NCBI GenBank assembly: GCA_013265495.1
Contig: MU058009.1
Span: forward strand, 4,470,739-4,534,738
Direction: 5' to 3'
DNA length: 64,000 nucleotides
Origin: Vicugna vicugna
Lineage: Eukaryota
In this document: positions 36,102 through 49,800 of the stretch, one piece after another
Layout: every line of letters starts with the position of its first letter
How positions within the stretch are numbered: position 1 is the first letter of the stretch
Made by a program: the position numbers and the translations under genes
Notes under the pieces: generated by a model
What the model was told of the DNA's origin: nothing
Databases searched by the model: none
What the model saw: the letters and a program-made list of their open reading frames with translations, nothing else

Positions 36102-37670
36102 CTGAAGAAAAAGAAAGAGGCTGGGGGAATAACTCTCCCAGACTTCAGACAATACTATAGACCTATAGTCATCAAGACAGCATGGTATTGGTACAAAAAC
36201 AGACATATAGACCAAGGGAACAGAATAGAGAGCCCAGAAATGAACCCACAAATTTTTGGTCAACTAATCTTCGACAAAGGAGGCAAGAATATACCATGGA
36301 ATAAAGATAGTCTCTTCAGCAAATGGTGTTGGGAAAACTGGACAGCAGCATGTAAATCAGTCAAGCTAGAACAGTCCCTTACACCATACACAAAAATATA
36401 CTCAAAATGGATCAAAGACTTAACATAAGACAAGATACAATAAACCTCCTAGAAGAAAATATAGGCAAAACATTATCTCATATGCATCTCAAAAATGTTC
36501 TCCTAGGGCAGGCTACCCAAGCAATAGAAATAAAAGCAAGAATAAACAAATGGGACCTTATTAAACTTACAAGCTTCTGCACAGCAAAGGAAACCAGAAG
36601 TAAAACAAAAAGACAACCTACAGAATGGGAGAAAATTTTTGCAAATGATGAAACTGACAAAGGCTTGATCTCCAGAATATATAAGCAGCTCATACAACAT
36701 AATAACAAAAAAAACAAACAACTCAATCCAAAAATGGGCAGAAGACCTAAACAAGCAATTCTCCAAGGAAGACATACAAATGATCAATAGGCACATGAAA
36801 AAATGCTCACTATCACTAATTATCAGAGAAATGCAAATCAAAACTACAATGAGGTGTCACCTCACACCAGTCAGAATGGCCATCATTCAAAAGTCCACAA
36901 ATGACAAATGCTGGAAAGGCTGTGGAGAAGGGAGAACCCTCCTGCACTGCTGGTGGGAATGCAGTTTGGTGCATTCACTGTGGAAAACAGTATGGAGATT
37001 CCTCAAAAGACTAGGAATAGACTTACCATATGACCCAGGAATCCCACTCCTGGGCATATATCCAGAAGGAACCCTACTTCAGGATGACACCTGCACCCCA
37101 ATGTGCATAGCAGCACTATTTACAGTAGCCAAGACATGGAAACAGCCTAAATGTCCATCAACAGATGACTGGATAAAGGAGAAGTGGTATACCTATACAA
37201 TGGAATACTATTCAGCCACAAAAACTGACAATGGAACACCATTTGCAGCAACATGGATGTTCCTGGAGAATGTCATTCTAAGTGAAATAAGCCAGAAAGA
37301 GAAAGAAAAATACCATATGAGATCGTTCATATGGGGAATCTTAAAAAAAAAAAGAACATAAATACAAAACAGAAACAGACTCATAGACATAGAATACAAA
37401 CTTGTGGTTGCCAAGGGAGTGGGGGATGGGAAGGGACAAACTGGGATTTCAATATTTGTAGATACTGACAGGCATAAGTAGAATAGATAAACAAGATTAT
37501 ACTGTATAGCACAGGGAAATGTATACAAGGTCTTGTGGTAGCTCACAGCAAAAAAAAATGTGACAATGAATATATGCATGTTCATGTATAACTGAAAAAT
37601 TGTGCTCTACACTGGAATTTGATACAACATTATTGTAAAATGACTATAACTCAATAAAAGATGTTAAAAA
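36102..37670 (+). mobile_element. Young 5'-truncated camelid L1: frameshifted ORF2 C-terminus, 3' UTR and poly(A), with 18-bp TSD
   Basis: ORFs 36060..36428, 36407..36790 and 36780..37361 give L1 ORF2p motifs ([49 protein letters not shown]). AATAAA plus an A tail end the element. The TSD aagatgtcatcat(c/t)ctca is at 36084-36101 and 37671-37688, at a tt/aaga endonuclease-like site. Confidence 0.97.
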
Positions 37671-39499
37671 AAGATGTCATCATTCTCAAATTGTTGTATA
37701 ATTTCAATGTATTTCCAGTCAAAATCCCAGCATTATCTACATGCAGCATGCTTAAATTTTTAACATTATCCCAGGAGTGCAAGGTTGGTTTAACATTAAT
37801 AATGTTAAAAATTTAATGTTAAACCAACCTTGCGCTCCTGGGAATAACCTCATGTGTTCGTAATATACTATCCCTTTCTTGTGTTACAAGATTGTATTTG
37901 CCAATATGTTGTTATAAATTTTGCATCTACTTTCATAAACGCTATGGTCTATAATATTATTTGTCTGGTTTTGGTATCAGTGTAACCCTGGCCTTATAAA
38001 TCCCAGCAGTATCTATCCCCAACGTCTGGGGGTAGATATTGTCAAACTGATTCTAAAATAACGTAAAATACAAGCACCTGGAATGTTATTTTAAGAGAGA
38101 ATAAAGTTGGTGACTTTTACTATCTCATTTTAAGACTTACTGTAAATCTATACTGATCAAAACAGTATGATGTTGGCACAGAATGAAATTCAGATTAAGA
38201 GAAAATAAGAGAGTCCAAAAAGAAACTCATTTCTAACAATCAGTTGATTTTGACAAAGAAGCCAAAGTAATTCATTTGGAAGGAATAATGCTTCCAACAG
38301 ATGGTGCTGGATTAACTGGATAGCCATATAGAAAAACAATGAATCTCATTTTTAAGACTAGTCTCCCACCATGGACATAGATTAACTCATGTGGATTGTG
38401 TAGCTAAACAAAAAAGCTAAAGTTTTAACGCTTCTAGAAGAAAACATAGGAACCAACCTTGGTAACCTTGGGTGACATCTTATTTTTAAAATAAAACATA
38501 AAAATCCAGAACTATAACATAAAATATTAATAAACTAGACTTCATCAAAATTAAAACCTCTGGCTCTCTGAGATGCACCATCAAAAAATGAGAAAGCAAG
38601 ACACAGGCTGAGAGAAAGTATTCTCAATGCAAATATATGACTTAGGACTTGTATCTAGAATATGTTAATAACTATTACAACATAATAATTAGAAGACAAA
38701 CAATGCAATTAAGAGTAGTCACAGATTTCAAACAACACCTCACAAAAGAAGATGCACAAATGGCCAATAAGCACATGTCATTAATCATCAGAGAAGCACA
38801 ACTTAAGACTGGAAAGTGTCTCCCCTACATACCTGATAGAAAGGATAATATTTGAAAAAGAGAAAACCATTTTTGGCAAGGGTGCATAATGCCTAGGGTG
38901 TGCATGCAAGGCCGACAGGAACGCAAAGCGGGCCCATCGCTGCAGAAAGCAGCTTGGCAGTTTCCTGTATAGTTAAATATAAACTAACTGCCTGGCTCAC
39001 CAATTCTACCCCTGAGTATTCACCCAAGAGAAATGAAAGTATGTGTCCATGGGCGGTCCTGCTACAGATGTATTCATAGCAGCTTTATCCGTGGTGGACA
39101 AAAAGCAGAAGCAACCATTGGGCGTCAACTGGCAAATGAGAAGACAAACACTGGTGTGTCCGTGCGCTGGGACCCCCTCAGCAATGGGAGGGAAAGACGT
39201 GCACGCAGAAACACGAGTGCAGCTCAACAGCCGAGGGAAGGACGTCAGAAACAAAAAAGTACATATTCTCAGATTATGTAAATTTTGTGTATTTTCTAGA
39301 GTATAAATACACTCTGTGTATGAAACACTAGGGAGAAAAAATCTAACATATAGCAGCCGAAAAGATCGATGTTTGTGTCCAGTTGGGGTGAGGGTAAGGC
39401 TTGGGCGTGAAGACAGGGGATTGTTGAATGGATGGTAATGGGCTATGTCTTGTTGGTGGTGGTGGTTACAGAAATGTACACATTTGTCCCAAATCCCCG

Positions 39500-39966
39500 G
39501 GCATGGATGGGCGGACCTTTAGGGTACGATGCTAAGTCACAGGTCAGACAGAGAAAGACAAGTGCTATACGATCTCACTTACATACGGACTCCAAACAAA
39601 CAAACCAGCTCGTAGGAAGCTATGAGACTCACGGTTGCCAGGCAGAGGCGAGGGTAGGGAGATGGGATATTAGACAAAGAGGGTCAAAAGGTGCAAACTT
39701 CCAGCTCGCAGTCCCGGGGACGGGGTGCACAGCATGGTGGCTGTAGTTGGCACTGCGTGTGGTATACTGAAAGCTGCTAAGACAGTGGCTGATCCTAAAA
39801 GTCCTCATTATGAAGAAAAAGAAATTCTGTAACTCCATGAGGGGATGGATGTGAACTGCTTACTGTGGCAACTGTTTTGCAATATATGTACGTTGTTATG
39901 CTGCACCCCTTGAAATTACTCAGGGCTTTCTGTTAATTATGGCCCAATAAAGCTGGGAGGAGAAAA
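39500..39966 (+). mobile_element. L1 3' UTR fragment nested in the 3' end of the older L1
   Basis: gcatggatgg..gctaagtcacaggtcagacagagaaagacaagtgct..caaacttccagc..gaaagctgctaaga..caataaagctgggaggagaaaa. Confidence 0.8.
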
Positions 39967-40569
39967 CCCTCACCAATCTACACTGAAAAATGGGTGCATT
40001 TCATTTTACGTAAATGAGGAAGACCCAAAATGTGATCTTCTGAAAAAGACCGCGTTCTTCCCTTCCAGTCACTGTCCATTCCGCACTTGCAGTGTGCGTC
40101 CCCCAGCCCACCTGACCTCTGCTCACATCAGCGTCGTGGGCACAACAACACATACAGGTATGAACAAAATGCAGATGTTCTCTTGGTTCTGACGCTTCGT
40201 GTTGACCAGGATGATGAACAGAGCTGCAGAACGAGCAAGCCGAGCAGCTCAGGCGATTCACCTCAGGAGACCAAGAAGGTCACCACCGAAAGAGGAGACC
40301 GGGCAGAGAGCGCAGGGGAGAGGTTAGAGATCCGGTCACCTGGACTTCTCATGGAGGTGAACATCGAGGAGAGACTGCTTAAAAGAGCATCACCCAGCTA
40401 TTTTACTGTCTGTTATGTACCACATGTTGGGGCCACTTTGAAAGATTTTGGTAAAGATTTAGCTTTCGTTAAAATACTTTTGTTTTCTCCTTGTGACCAA
40501 ACCCGACTCCTTGTAATGCAGCGTTTTGGTTGAACCAGCCCCAAGTGGTTTGACAATTTATTGGGGTGA

Positions 40570-41015
40570 CACAAATTTCACACTTTACGCCCCAGCAACA
40601 CTAAACTGCTTATACATTTCCAGTTACACCAGGTTGTTTCTCATTTCCATGACTTTTATCTCGCTGTCTCCACTGCCCAGGATAGCCCTCCTCTCCTCCA
40701 CCTCACTCATGTTGTTCCCTTTCTTGTGACTAACTCTTACCTGATTTTTAAGAGTCGTATGAGTAGCCACCTCTTCCGAGAAGCCACCCCTGATTCTCCC
40801 GTATTTCCCAGTAGGAGTGAAATGACACCACCCCCCCCGGTGACCACGCACACACCACCCTGTGCTGTAATTACATGCGGCTGCGCCGGTGTCTCTCGCT
40901 AAATGTGAGCTCCTAGAGGAAAATCACACTGCTGTTTACCTTTCTAACCCCAGCATCACGCACAGTACCTGACCGGTAGTAGGCACGCACTGACTCTTTC
41001 TTGAATAACTGAACG
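40570..41015 (+). mobile_element. L2 LINE 3' fragment
   Basis: ccacctcttccgagaagcc..aaatgtgagctcctagagg..cacagtacctgaccggtagtaggcacgc..ttgaataactgaa. Confidence 0.75.
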
Positions 41016-44000
41016 GGCCCATAAATAAGTCAATAATTGGAAGAATGCTGTTTCCAGCTGCCATCAAGTCAACCATCCCAGGCTTGTTTCTCCCTCTGAA
41101 AAGTGCCTGCACTAGTCCCTGCCTTTGTATCGCATTGCATTTTTCTTTGTGAATGCCAAATGAGATCAAAGTAGCAAGTCGCTACATTTAAGGGATGATG
41201 ATGGTGAAAACGGTGGTGACAATGATGCTGGTGTCATGGCAGTGTTCTGCAGGATTGAAACGACTGAAATGTATAGTCAAAGTATGCAAACAGTAAGTCC
41301 GGAGAGTCCAGAAAGAAGGGAAGGCTCAGGCAGATGCCAAGGAACAGAAATCGCCATGGGGGTTGTCCAGGGAGAGGAAGCTCAGAGGGTCAGCAGGTCT
41401 CGAGCGGAGGCAGGGGGGTGCGAGGCGCAGGCTGAGTGATTTCGGGCAGGGACGCCAGCAGACGGGGCTGGGCCGCCAGCCCACGTGTCAGCACAGAGGA
41501 CGACACAGGGTCCTTGCTGTGAACACCTGCCGGGACCTGGACGGCCAGGGCTCTCAGGAGCGCAGTTCCAGCTGGAGGTGGCGCCTGCGTCTTTTAGGAA
41601 CATTCCACCTGAGCTGCGATCAGAGGGGCTGGACGTGTCAGGAGACTCTTAAACTACAACCCAAAGCGCCAGGGCCCCTGCCTCTGCGCCTGCTTCCCCG
41701 CCCTCAGGGACAGGAAGGGCCGCGCACCCCCGTCCAGAGTGCTGTGGGGAGTCTGAGCCGAGCCGGGAGTCAGCAGGAGACGCGTGCCGGGGTGGGGGGG
41801 CGAGAGTGAGCGCTCTGGGGCACCGCCCGGCCCAGGAGGACGCGGCTCCAGGTATCGCTCTGTGTGAGGTCCCGGAGCCCTGCAGCCACACGGCCTGAAA
41901 ACGAGGCTCCTTCCGTCATCAGCAGTGCTGGCAGCATCCTTACTGCCCACGAGGGAGACAGGCGCTTTCACTGCAGCAGTAATTACTGCATCCGGTTCCT
42001 GTCGTGCAGGCACGGTGTAGCAGAGTGGGAGGAGGCCCCAGAGAGTCCTGAGATGAAAGCACTTCCAGACAGCAATGGTGTGGGGAGCCCGGGTGAGCCG
42101 AGCAAAGCCTGTGGGGAGAGGAAGGAACTGCCGGAAGCGGGGGACCGGCCGTTCTCATCAGATCAGTCACCGCAGGAAGCAGGACTCTCAGGACGCAAGA
42201 TCGTGCAGGGTGCCATCAAAAACACCACATCCAGCACCCCAGGGTGGGTGACTCACCGATAAGGGCCTCTGGAGTGGGGAAACTGTGGACAGCACAAAAA
42301 AACTAGCAGAAGGAAAAAAGGAAAAGCAAAAGGAAAAGGCGGAAAAGGCGTCAGCGCCTGCCTCCTTTCACTAATGAGGCTCCGCAGGCTGCGGGGGCAG
42401 TGGAGCCGGGGCCCCTGGGCCGCACTTCAGGTGATGCACGGGACACCGGACCCCCTCCCCGCCTCCCTCACCACAGCCCTGTTTGTGTGGGTGCGAACAT
42501 CACAGCCTCCAGCTGGGAAGCCCCGGATTCAAAGTGACAACTGGTTTTGCTTAATGAGATCAGTTCCCCTGGGTCCCACTGGCGTCCCGTGGGGGTTCCC
42601 TCACAGAGGCTGGACCATTTTTAAGGCTGGAGGGCCCCACTACAATTAAATCCTCCAAGCACCTTCTTTCCTCCTCCCCCTCTCCCTCCCTCCTCTGAGT
42701 CTCACGGACGAGGCAGCTCATAAAGCACGGTTGCTACCATAAATGAAGGAGGAAAGAATTTCCCCCTCTGCCACCTTTTCCAGAGCCACATCTCAACCTC
42801 CTCCCTGAGGAGCTGAGACCCAGCACCGTGGAAGCTGGGGATGGCAGGTGCTCTGAGGAGAGAGACAGGAAGGACGCGCCTGCAGGGAGGAAGCTCAGAA
42901 CTGTGGTGTCGCCCAGACAAACTCAGGAGCGTGAGGTGCTGAGGTCACAGGCATGGCTGGTCCAAACGGGATTGGGTGGGCTAAGTCGTCCCACCTCTGG
43001 GCACGCGTCCCCTTTATGGAGCTAATGAGTTTTCCAGCACAAGTCAGAGCTTTTCCATGAGGACAGGATGGGTCAGGAATCGAGGAACATCCTCCAGACC
43101 CCAGCTCAGCATCATCTGGAGATGTCGTCAGGTGGGGCCCTCGCACGTGGGTGAAGATGTGGGACAAAGAAGCCTGGGCAGGGAGACCACCTGGTGCCCA
43201 CCTCGGCGTGCAGTCTTAGAGAAGGATGGACTAGGAGACGACGGGGCAAGGGGGAAGGGTGCTCTGGTGAGAAGCCTGCGAGCTCCTGCAGCCTCCCAGT
43301 ACAGAGAGACGGGCGCCTCCACACACGGCCTTCACTCCACCCACCCAACCCCTCCGCCGTCCAGAGTGCCTCCCAGGTCTGCAGGCCCGGCCAGGCGGAT
43401 CCCTACTGCTCTCCCTCTGGCTTTCCTGTGGGTCTAGAAGAGAGACACAGGATTGCCCGAGAAGCGTGCCTTCACCCAGGAGGCCCTGTCTGATCACAAA
43501 GCCCTGCTCCAGGTGCCAGAGAGCATCGCAAAGATTCACGTGGTGCAGGGGAGAGGGATCTCCTCTGGCCGGGGTGGAGTACAGCAACTCCAGGAAGAGG
43601 CAGTGAACCCATGAGGCAGACTTAGAGCACGTGTCCACTCCCGGAGTCGGGAGAGAGCTGGGCAGGCAGGGGCTGGGTGACGCCACTCTTGTATCCTCAG
43701 TGCCTCTGCCAGCGAAGCCCGCGCCAGACCCCTGGGCTTGCCTGGAGGACTGCTGTGTACTCGATGGCTGGGGTGGTGATGGCCCCCGGCCCCCACTGAT
43801 GGCTGCACAGCCCACAGCCAGAGTCCACGTGTCTGTCTCTGCCCGGTTCTAGCTGACTTAGAGGTTGAACCCCTCAGCATCCCCCACCAGCGCTCCTGAG
43901 TCCACCCCCAGGGTCTCCCCAGCCCACAGCGCAGACGACGGCCTTGAGTTATCAGGACCCCAGGCAGTCCTGCCATCTCTGTTGGGCCCGATGTAGAAAG

Positions 44001-46224
44001 CGGCTTTCTCAGAGGCGGTGCGGCCCCAACCACACCCTGTGGCCACGTCACGATTACGCGTCCCTCCCGCACTCCCCTCTGGGCTCAGAGCAGGCACGGT
44101 GCTCTGTTCACCTCGCTCCCATCCTGCCTTACATATCGTGGTGAATTTAATCAGGTCACTGGCTGTGAGTGATTAAAACCCCACGGTGAAGCAGCTGGAG
44201 CGAGAGAAGGTGGTTTATAGGAACTTTTGTCCTAGAGACGGAGAGGTTTTTAGACAGAGACGTGAATGACTGTGGAAAAGGAAAAAACCAGGAGCTGCAG
44301 GTGCACAGCCGGGCCTGGAGGTCCCTCCAGTCGACCATCAAGGCTGCGCGCCCAGGAGGGAGGGAGGGAACAGACTCTCTGAGGGCCCTTCCACGTCTGC
44401 CCCGATGAAGGAGCTCCGTGGCTGAATGTTAGTGCAGCGTCCCCAGAGGAGGCTGGGCGCGTGTGTGCGGCGCCAGGCCACTTATTCCCTGTTGAAGCCT
44501 ACAATTTTTGTTCAGCAGCAAAAGTCACCACGGCCCCACCGCTGAGGCAATTAGATCCACAGTCCTTGTGAAGCGGGTCTCAATTTCACCAGTGTCCAGC
44601 TGATTTCAGCGGCATAATTTGATAGAGCAGTTGCAGAGGAAGCCTTGCGGCAGACGGCAGGCAGCGGTGGCTGCCTTTCCAATTCTAATTTTACTTTTGA
44701 GTTAGTTGGTATGATACACGTTAATATCCACTCTTATTTTTATAATCTAAAAAAAAACCCAAAACCCAGCGAACAAGCTAAGCGTCACTTCCGTGCAGCC
44801 CTGACTCCCAGCTGCCCCGCTTCTGGTGCGTGCGGTTTATTGACTCGGCGTTCAGCGAGCAGCATTTAGTCACATCTCCAGACGCCATGATGCTTGTGCT
44901 AAGGCAAGTTACTTCACCTGGGCTCTCAGAACGAGAGCCCTAGGAGATCGTTATCCGTTTCTCAGCGAGGGCTTTCCCCGCCCGGGGAGGAAGAGACAGG
45001 GACACCACCGAGGCCTGACAAGCCCACATTCCGAGCGCTCCCGGCTCCGATCCCCGCCTCAGAGCCAAGGCCGGGGCCCGCTGTGATGCTGGCTGCCTGC
45101 GTCCGTCCGCCAGGAGGGCTCACTCTGCCCTCCCTCCACTCACACGAAAGATCTCCCGCCTCCCAAAGAAGAGATTCTCAGGAATTTATGACTCCATCAA
45201 CTTGCCCAAAAGGAGCATAAATGGGATTAGTTTTAATATTGTTAAGTTGCAAAACTACAGGCACATGTGCGTGCCAAAGCGAAAATGTACGCAAGCACAG
45301 GAGGAAAACATATGGGGACCCATATGGTGAAGGCGCCTTGCTAGACCTTCACACACTTCTCGTTTACAACAAGAACCAAAGTTAGTGAACATAAATTTGC
45401 TTTGCAAAAATATGAGAGGAACAGCTTGTTTGCCCATAACTGTTCGACTGAGCAGGATCCGGGTAACCTTGATTTCTCATCTCAGGCGCCTCCTTCCCAC
45501 ACTCGGGGGGTTAATTAGGCTCTAAGCACGACTTCAGACTAGAAACGAGGACCCTGGCTGCCTTGCAGAGAGACCGAGGAGTAGCCTCAGTGAGTGATGC
45601 ACTGGGTCCCCTAGCGGCTGAAACTTGATCCTGGGGAGGCGTAGGAGAGAGCTGAGGTCGGCAGGTCTCAGCAGGTTGCTTTTCATTGAAGCCGAGAAGC
45701 AGCAGAGCCACCGCCGACAGAGGCACGGCTGCGGCCCTCATTTGGAGGCTGTGGTCTTGGTCGCCCAAGACTGAGCGGTGGCTAGAAACTGTCCAGACGC
45801 AGGGAGGTCAACGTGGGGGTAGGGACGGGGATGCAGGAGCAACCGTGAAGCTCAGAGCCAGGGGGCGCCTTCGGGCGCCCCGGGTAACAAGCAGCATTGG
45901 ATCAAATACATCACGTTAGGCAGTTCCTGTCCCAGCCTCGCGCCACGGGAGCTGCCTTCGGACAGACTTGAAAACCAGGGCTGCGGCCTCTCTCAAGACC
46001 TCCGCCACTGTGCAGTTCCCCGGGGGCGCTCACTGTTGCTGAGCCTTTCCGAGCCTGTTTCTTTGCCCAAGAAATAGGTAGGATATCTCCTCTCCGACCT
46101 ATTTTAGAGAGTTGCCATAGACTCACTTGAAACGATGCACTGTAAAAATATTTCACGAACAAAGCGTTGTTACGTAAGCATGTTATTAGTGGGAACCTTG
46201 ACATTCGTTTTACTTATTATTCCT

Positions 46225-46855
46225 ATTTTTAACCTTTTATTTGGAAATAATTATTGATTCACAGGAAGTTGCAAAAATAGCAGAGGGGGGCCTCACATAG
46301 TCATTACCGGCCCTGCCCCTCCGCCCACCAGCGGCAGCATCTTAAATAACTAAGGCACCTTTTCAAAACCGGGTGACTGACACGGTGCAACGTGATTCAC
46401 CACGTGACGGGGCCTCCTTAGATCTCACCAGCGTTTGTACCTGATTTTATGCCTTTGTGTATAGTCCTAACATTGCATCATGCAAATCGATGCCTCCAGC
46501 CACCACGACAATCAAGATGTGGAGCTCTTCCTTCACTGCAAAGCACTCCTTTGTGCGGCCCCTCCCCTCCCCTGCCCCAGGCTCTGGCACCACTGCAGCT
46601 TTATGATTGCTCCGTTCTGGGGGATGTCCTGCGAGCGGAATCGCCCAGCAGGCCGCCGTTGCAGCCTGACTCTGTGCGCGTGCACAGCCCCCTGAGGCCC
46701 CTCTGGGACGCTGAGTGTGCCAGTGCTGCTCCGCTCTTTACGGCTGAAGAGCATCTCGAGGTGTGGATGTGACGCAGTTTGTTTAAGCAGGCCCCCCTGA
46801 AGGCCGTTTGGACCGTCTCCCAGTTTATCTGTTACAAATAAAATGCTGTGTCATT
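46225..46855 (-). mobile_element. Ancient L1 3' end (L1MC-like)
   Basis: ttttatttggaaataattattgattcacaggaagttgcaaaaatag..caccacgacaatcaagat..tttacggctgaagagcat. Confidence 0.8.
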
Positions 46856-49800
46856 CTGAACTTTTAGGACTGAATCACTCACGAATGACCCAAGACGGTA
46901 AAGAGCAAGAGGCAAAGACAAGGGAGGAACAGGTGTAGGACGGGCATAGGGATAAAAGGCACAGAGATGAGTGCCAGCGCTCTCCTCTCAGGGCTGCTGG
47001 GGCATCAGATTGGACACGTGAGGTGTGTAACAGGGCTTGGCACAGGGCAAGCACGCATCACGACGTTATCACAGGCAGATCTCAGGCTGGCTGTAGGCTG
47101 TGACGAGGCCGAGTAGTTATTCAAGTTGAAACACGGCACAACGCAGTTTAGAAAGAGCTGCGGGACAGCTCCTCCGTGTGAGTCCAGCTGGACGACAAGC
47201 CGTGCGCGCCCCTCTGTTGGCCCTGATGCTAATCAGAGGAATCTGGCATAAACAGCCCCGCTCTGCAGCCTAGGAGACCGAGGATCCCGGAGACACAGTG
47301 ATTTTCCTAAAGGCACTCAGGTTGTTAGCTGTTCCGGCCAGATTTCAATTCCAGGTCTACGAGGACCCGAGGTCTAGTTCTGTGTCTAAGCCAACACTGC
47401 CAGCCCCACGGAACTGACACCCGCCCAGGAGAGGGAGGTAGCGCCTCTTTTCTTTGGAATGTCAAGGACTCGGCAGTTTCCTTCAGGGCTGCCTTCTCAG
47501 GAACGTCTCGAGCTGTAGGCGACGCCGTCCTGCGGCGGGACAGCTCCCAGCCTCAGCACCCGGCGCGGCGAGCGGGCGGCACAGGGCCCCGCTCAGCCCG
47601 CTCAGAACCGAGGCTGCCCATCTCCCGGAACTAGCTCTCCTCCCTGCCGTGGAATTCACCCACCTGGCCACCTGCCACGTCTAGAAGGAAGCCTCCCACA
47701 CCCAGCCTGCCCCAGCCCGCGGGCCGCGCACCACACCCATCACGGTGGAGCAAGCGCACGGCCCTTCCGCGGAGGAGGCGCTCTCCCACCACTGCGTTCT
47801 TGCTCAGGACGCACCAGCCCGGTCCGTGGAGTCCCGCTCAGGACAGTTAGAACAGGGCGTCAGAAGCCATGCGGCGGCTGCAGGGCACGGCTGGGCTTTA
47901 GGAAACCCTGACAGGAGTGATTTGAGAGAAGGAAGGGAAGACAGAGCAACCATCAAAAAACAGAAGCAAGAGTTTCAACAGGACTTTAGGGCCATGTCCC
48001 CCGTCACCCCAGTCCCCACACGCTGACGTACGGTCGATGTGCGCGATGTTGATACTGCATTTTAAAGATGAGCCCAGCGACATCCATCACATTCAAGGAA
48101 ACAGAGGAGAAACGTGATTCATTTTAAACGGCTTCCATTAAAACTGACTCAGGCCAATGCGTGGAGTCAGCTTCGGTTCCCTGGAAAATTCACTTCTCTC
48201 AAATAACTCGCTCCCCTGCTCCCGGAGGCATCGCTGTGAGTCCACTGCAGCAGCCACTCCCTCCCAGGTGAACTGCTGTCATCCTGAAACCTCCACGGAG
48301 AGGAAACGGAAGAGAAGACTTTATCACTGTCCCCAAACATCTGGCCTTTCCAAACGCGGCGTGGGCAATGGCGTGGGCACTGCGGTGGGTCCCCAGGGTG
48401 CCCTGAGAGGAGGGAGGACCCTCCTTCCAACGCAGCGGCGTGAGCGGTCTCTGCTTCTACTCCCTCCTTCCGGCATTGCTTCTATATTATTTACATTTTT
48501 ACATTTATGGGGTGCTGGCGCAGGGCTGCTTCTCCTGTCCTTCAAGAAGGGAAAATAGATTCATTCGCGGAATCACCGGTGGCACCGTGCATTCCACCCA
48601 CTGGCTCCTGGCCGCCCCGCCCCGCCTGCCTGTTCCGGGACCTGCCCGCTTCTCGCTGGCGTGCCACCCGTCAGGTCAGCATCCTAGCTTCCAAGCTGTA
48701 GGTCGCCCGGGGCAGAATTGTGTGTGTGACGTCTATTAAACAAGCACCATCTTCTCTAGCAAATCCACGTGAATAATTTTTTTTCAAAAGCCATTATCTG
48801 CTACTGAAAGCAAATTGAGCATAACGTTTACATCTAAGGCTAAAGAATAGATACTTGGTCAAATGCCCTGGGGTCTGCATGTCAAACACACCACGAACGT
48901 GTGTGTACACAGCACTTTTCTTTGAGATGTTTCCCATGCTTACTAATCACAGTCCTGTGAAGACCTCCAGCTTTCCTCGGAAGCGAGGCGCATGTCCTGT
49001 GGGGACGAGTGCCCGGTTTCTGGGGATCCTGGCACGTCTGTCAATATCGCAAAGGAGGTGGGAGGCCTGGAGGACCCCAGCTGCATGTCTGTCTGGAGGT
49101 CAGAAGCGCTGCGAACCTTTACATCTGTAATCACGGCGATTAAAAAAAGTTCCCTCTGCTTTCCTAAGAAGGGCTTGTTTTTGGTTTGGTCGTTTATTTG
49201 TTTTAAAGAGGAAATGAAAACCTGAAAAGACTACTTTTAGATTGTATTTTATATTGAATATTGACACCATGGGAACTGGCAAATGCCACCAGGTTTCCCC
49301 CACTCCCTCCCCTCAGCCCTGATCAGTTTTCAACATTTTCCAGCACCGTGACCTAAAATCCTTCCTTTTCCAACTATCATTTCAGGCACAGATCCTGTTC
49401 CTGGTTTTTGAGCCTCGCGTTTTTCTTCCATTAGTCTACGTTCTTTCTATATTTCAGAGGTTCCTCATCGTTTCTGATCCACAAACCATCACTATTCTCC
49501 AGTGTGATAATGGATTTTTTGGCTCATTTATCTTTACCCCTTTTCTATAACTTCTAGAGGTTGGCGGAACATGCTTGGTCTGTCGTTTTAACCATAACTG
49601 CTGTTCTTACTCTTCAGTAATCTGCTCATTAAAATATGACTTCTCTAAGTGAAACCTTATTTATTGATTCCTATTCTATAGATCCCCAAATTTCAGCCAC
49701 AGATTTCAAATACTGCACCCGCATTTGGGGAACGCAGCTGTCCAGTAAGCTGTGTTCTCCGACGCAGTCCTGGGATTTCACAGGACATGCCGTTCCGGCT

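Larger units (their letters stand above)
35190..40020 (+). mobile_element. Old L1 (L1M-type) ORF2/3' UTR remnant hosting younger insertions
   Basis: Colinear decayed ORF2 text (ccaggagtgcaaggttggttt, ctcaatagatgcc, ctagccagagcaataaggcaagaaaaagaaat, tttgacaaagaagccaaag, tagacttcatcaaaattaaaac). It resumes on both sides of the insertions at 36102, 37740 and 39500. Confidence 0.85.

Noticed and set aside
36060..37361. Functional L1 ORF2 or host gene
   Set aside because: It is 5'-truncated (no endonuclease or RT core) and split over three ORFs by frameshifts.
40087..40533. 148-aa ORF that looks protein-like
   Set aside because: It has no recognisable domain or splice structure, and more likely represents a GC-shifted old L1 3' region.
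45856..45870. CTCF-like motif gagccagggggcgcc
   Set aside because: It lacks the conserved 5' CC, and such partial matches are expected by chance in GC-rich DNA.
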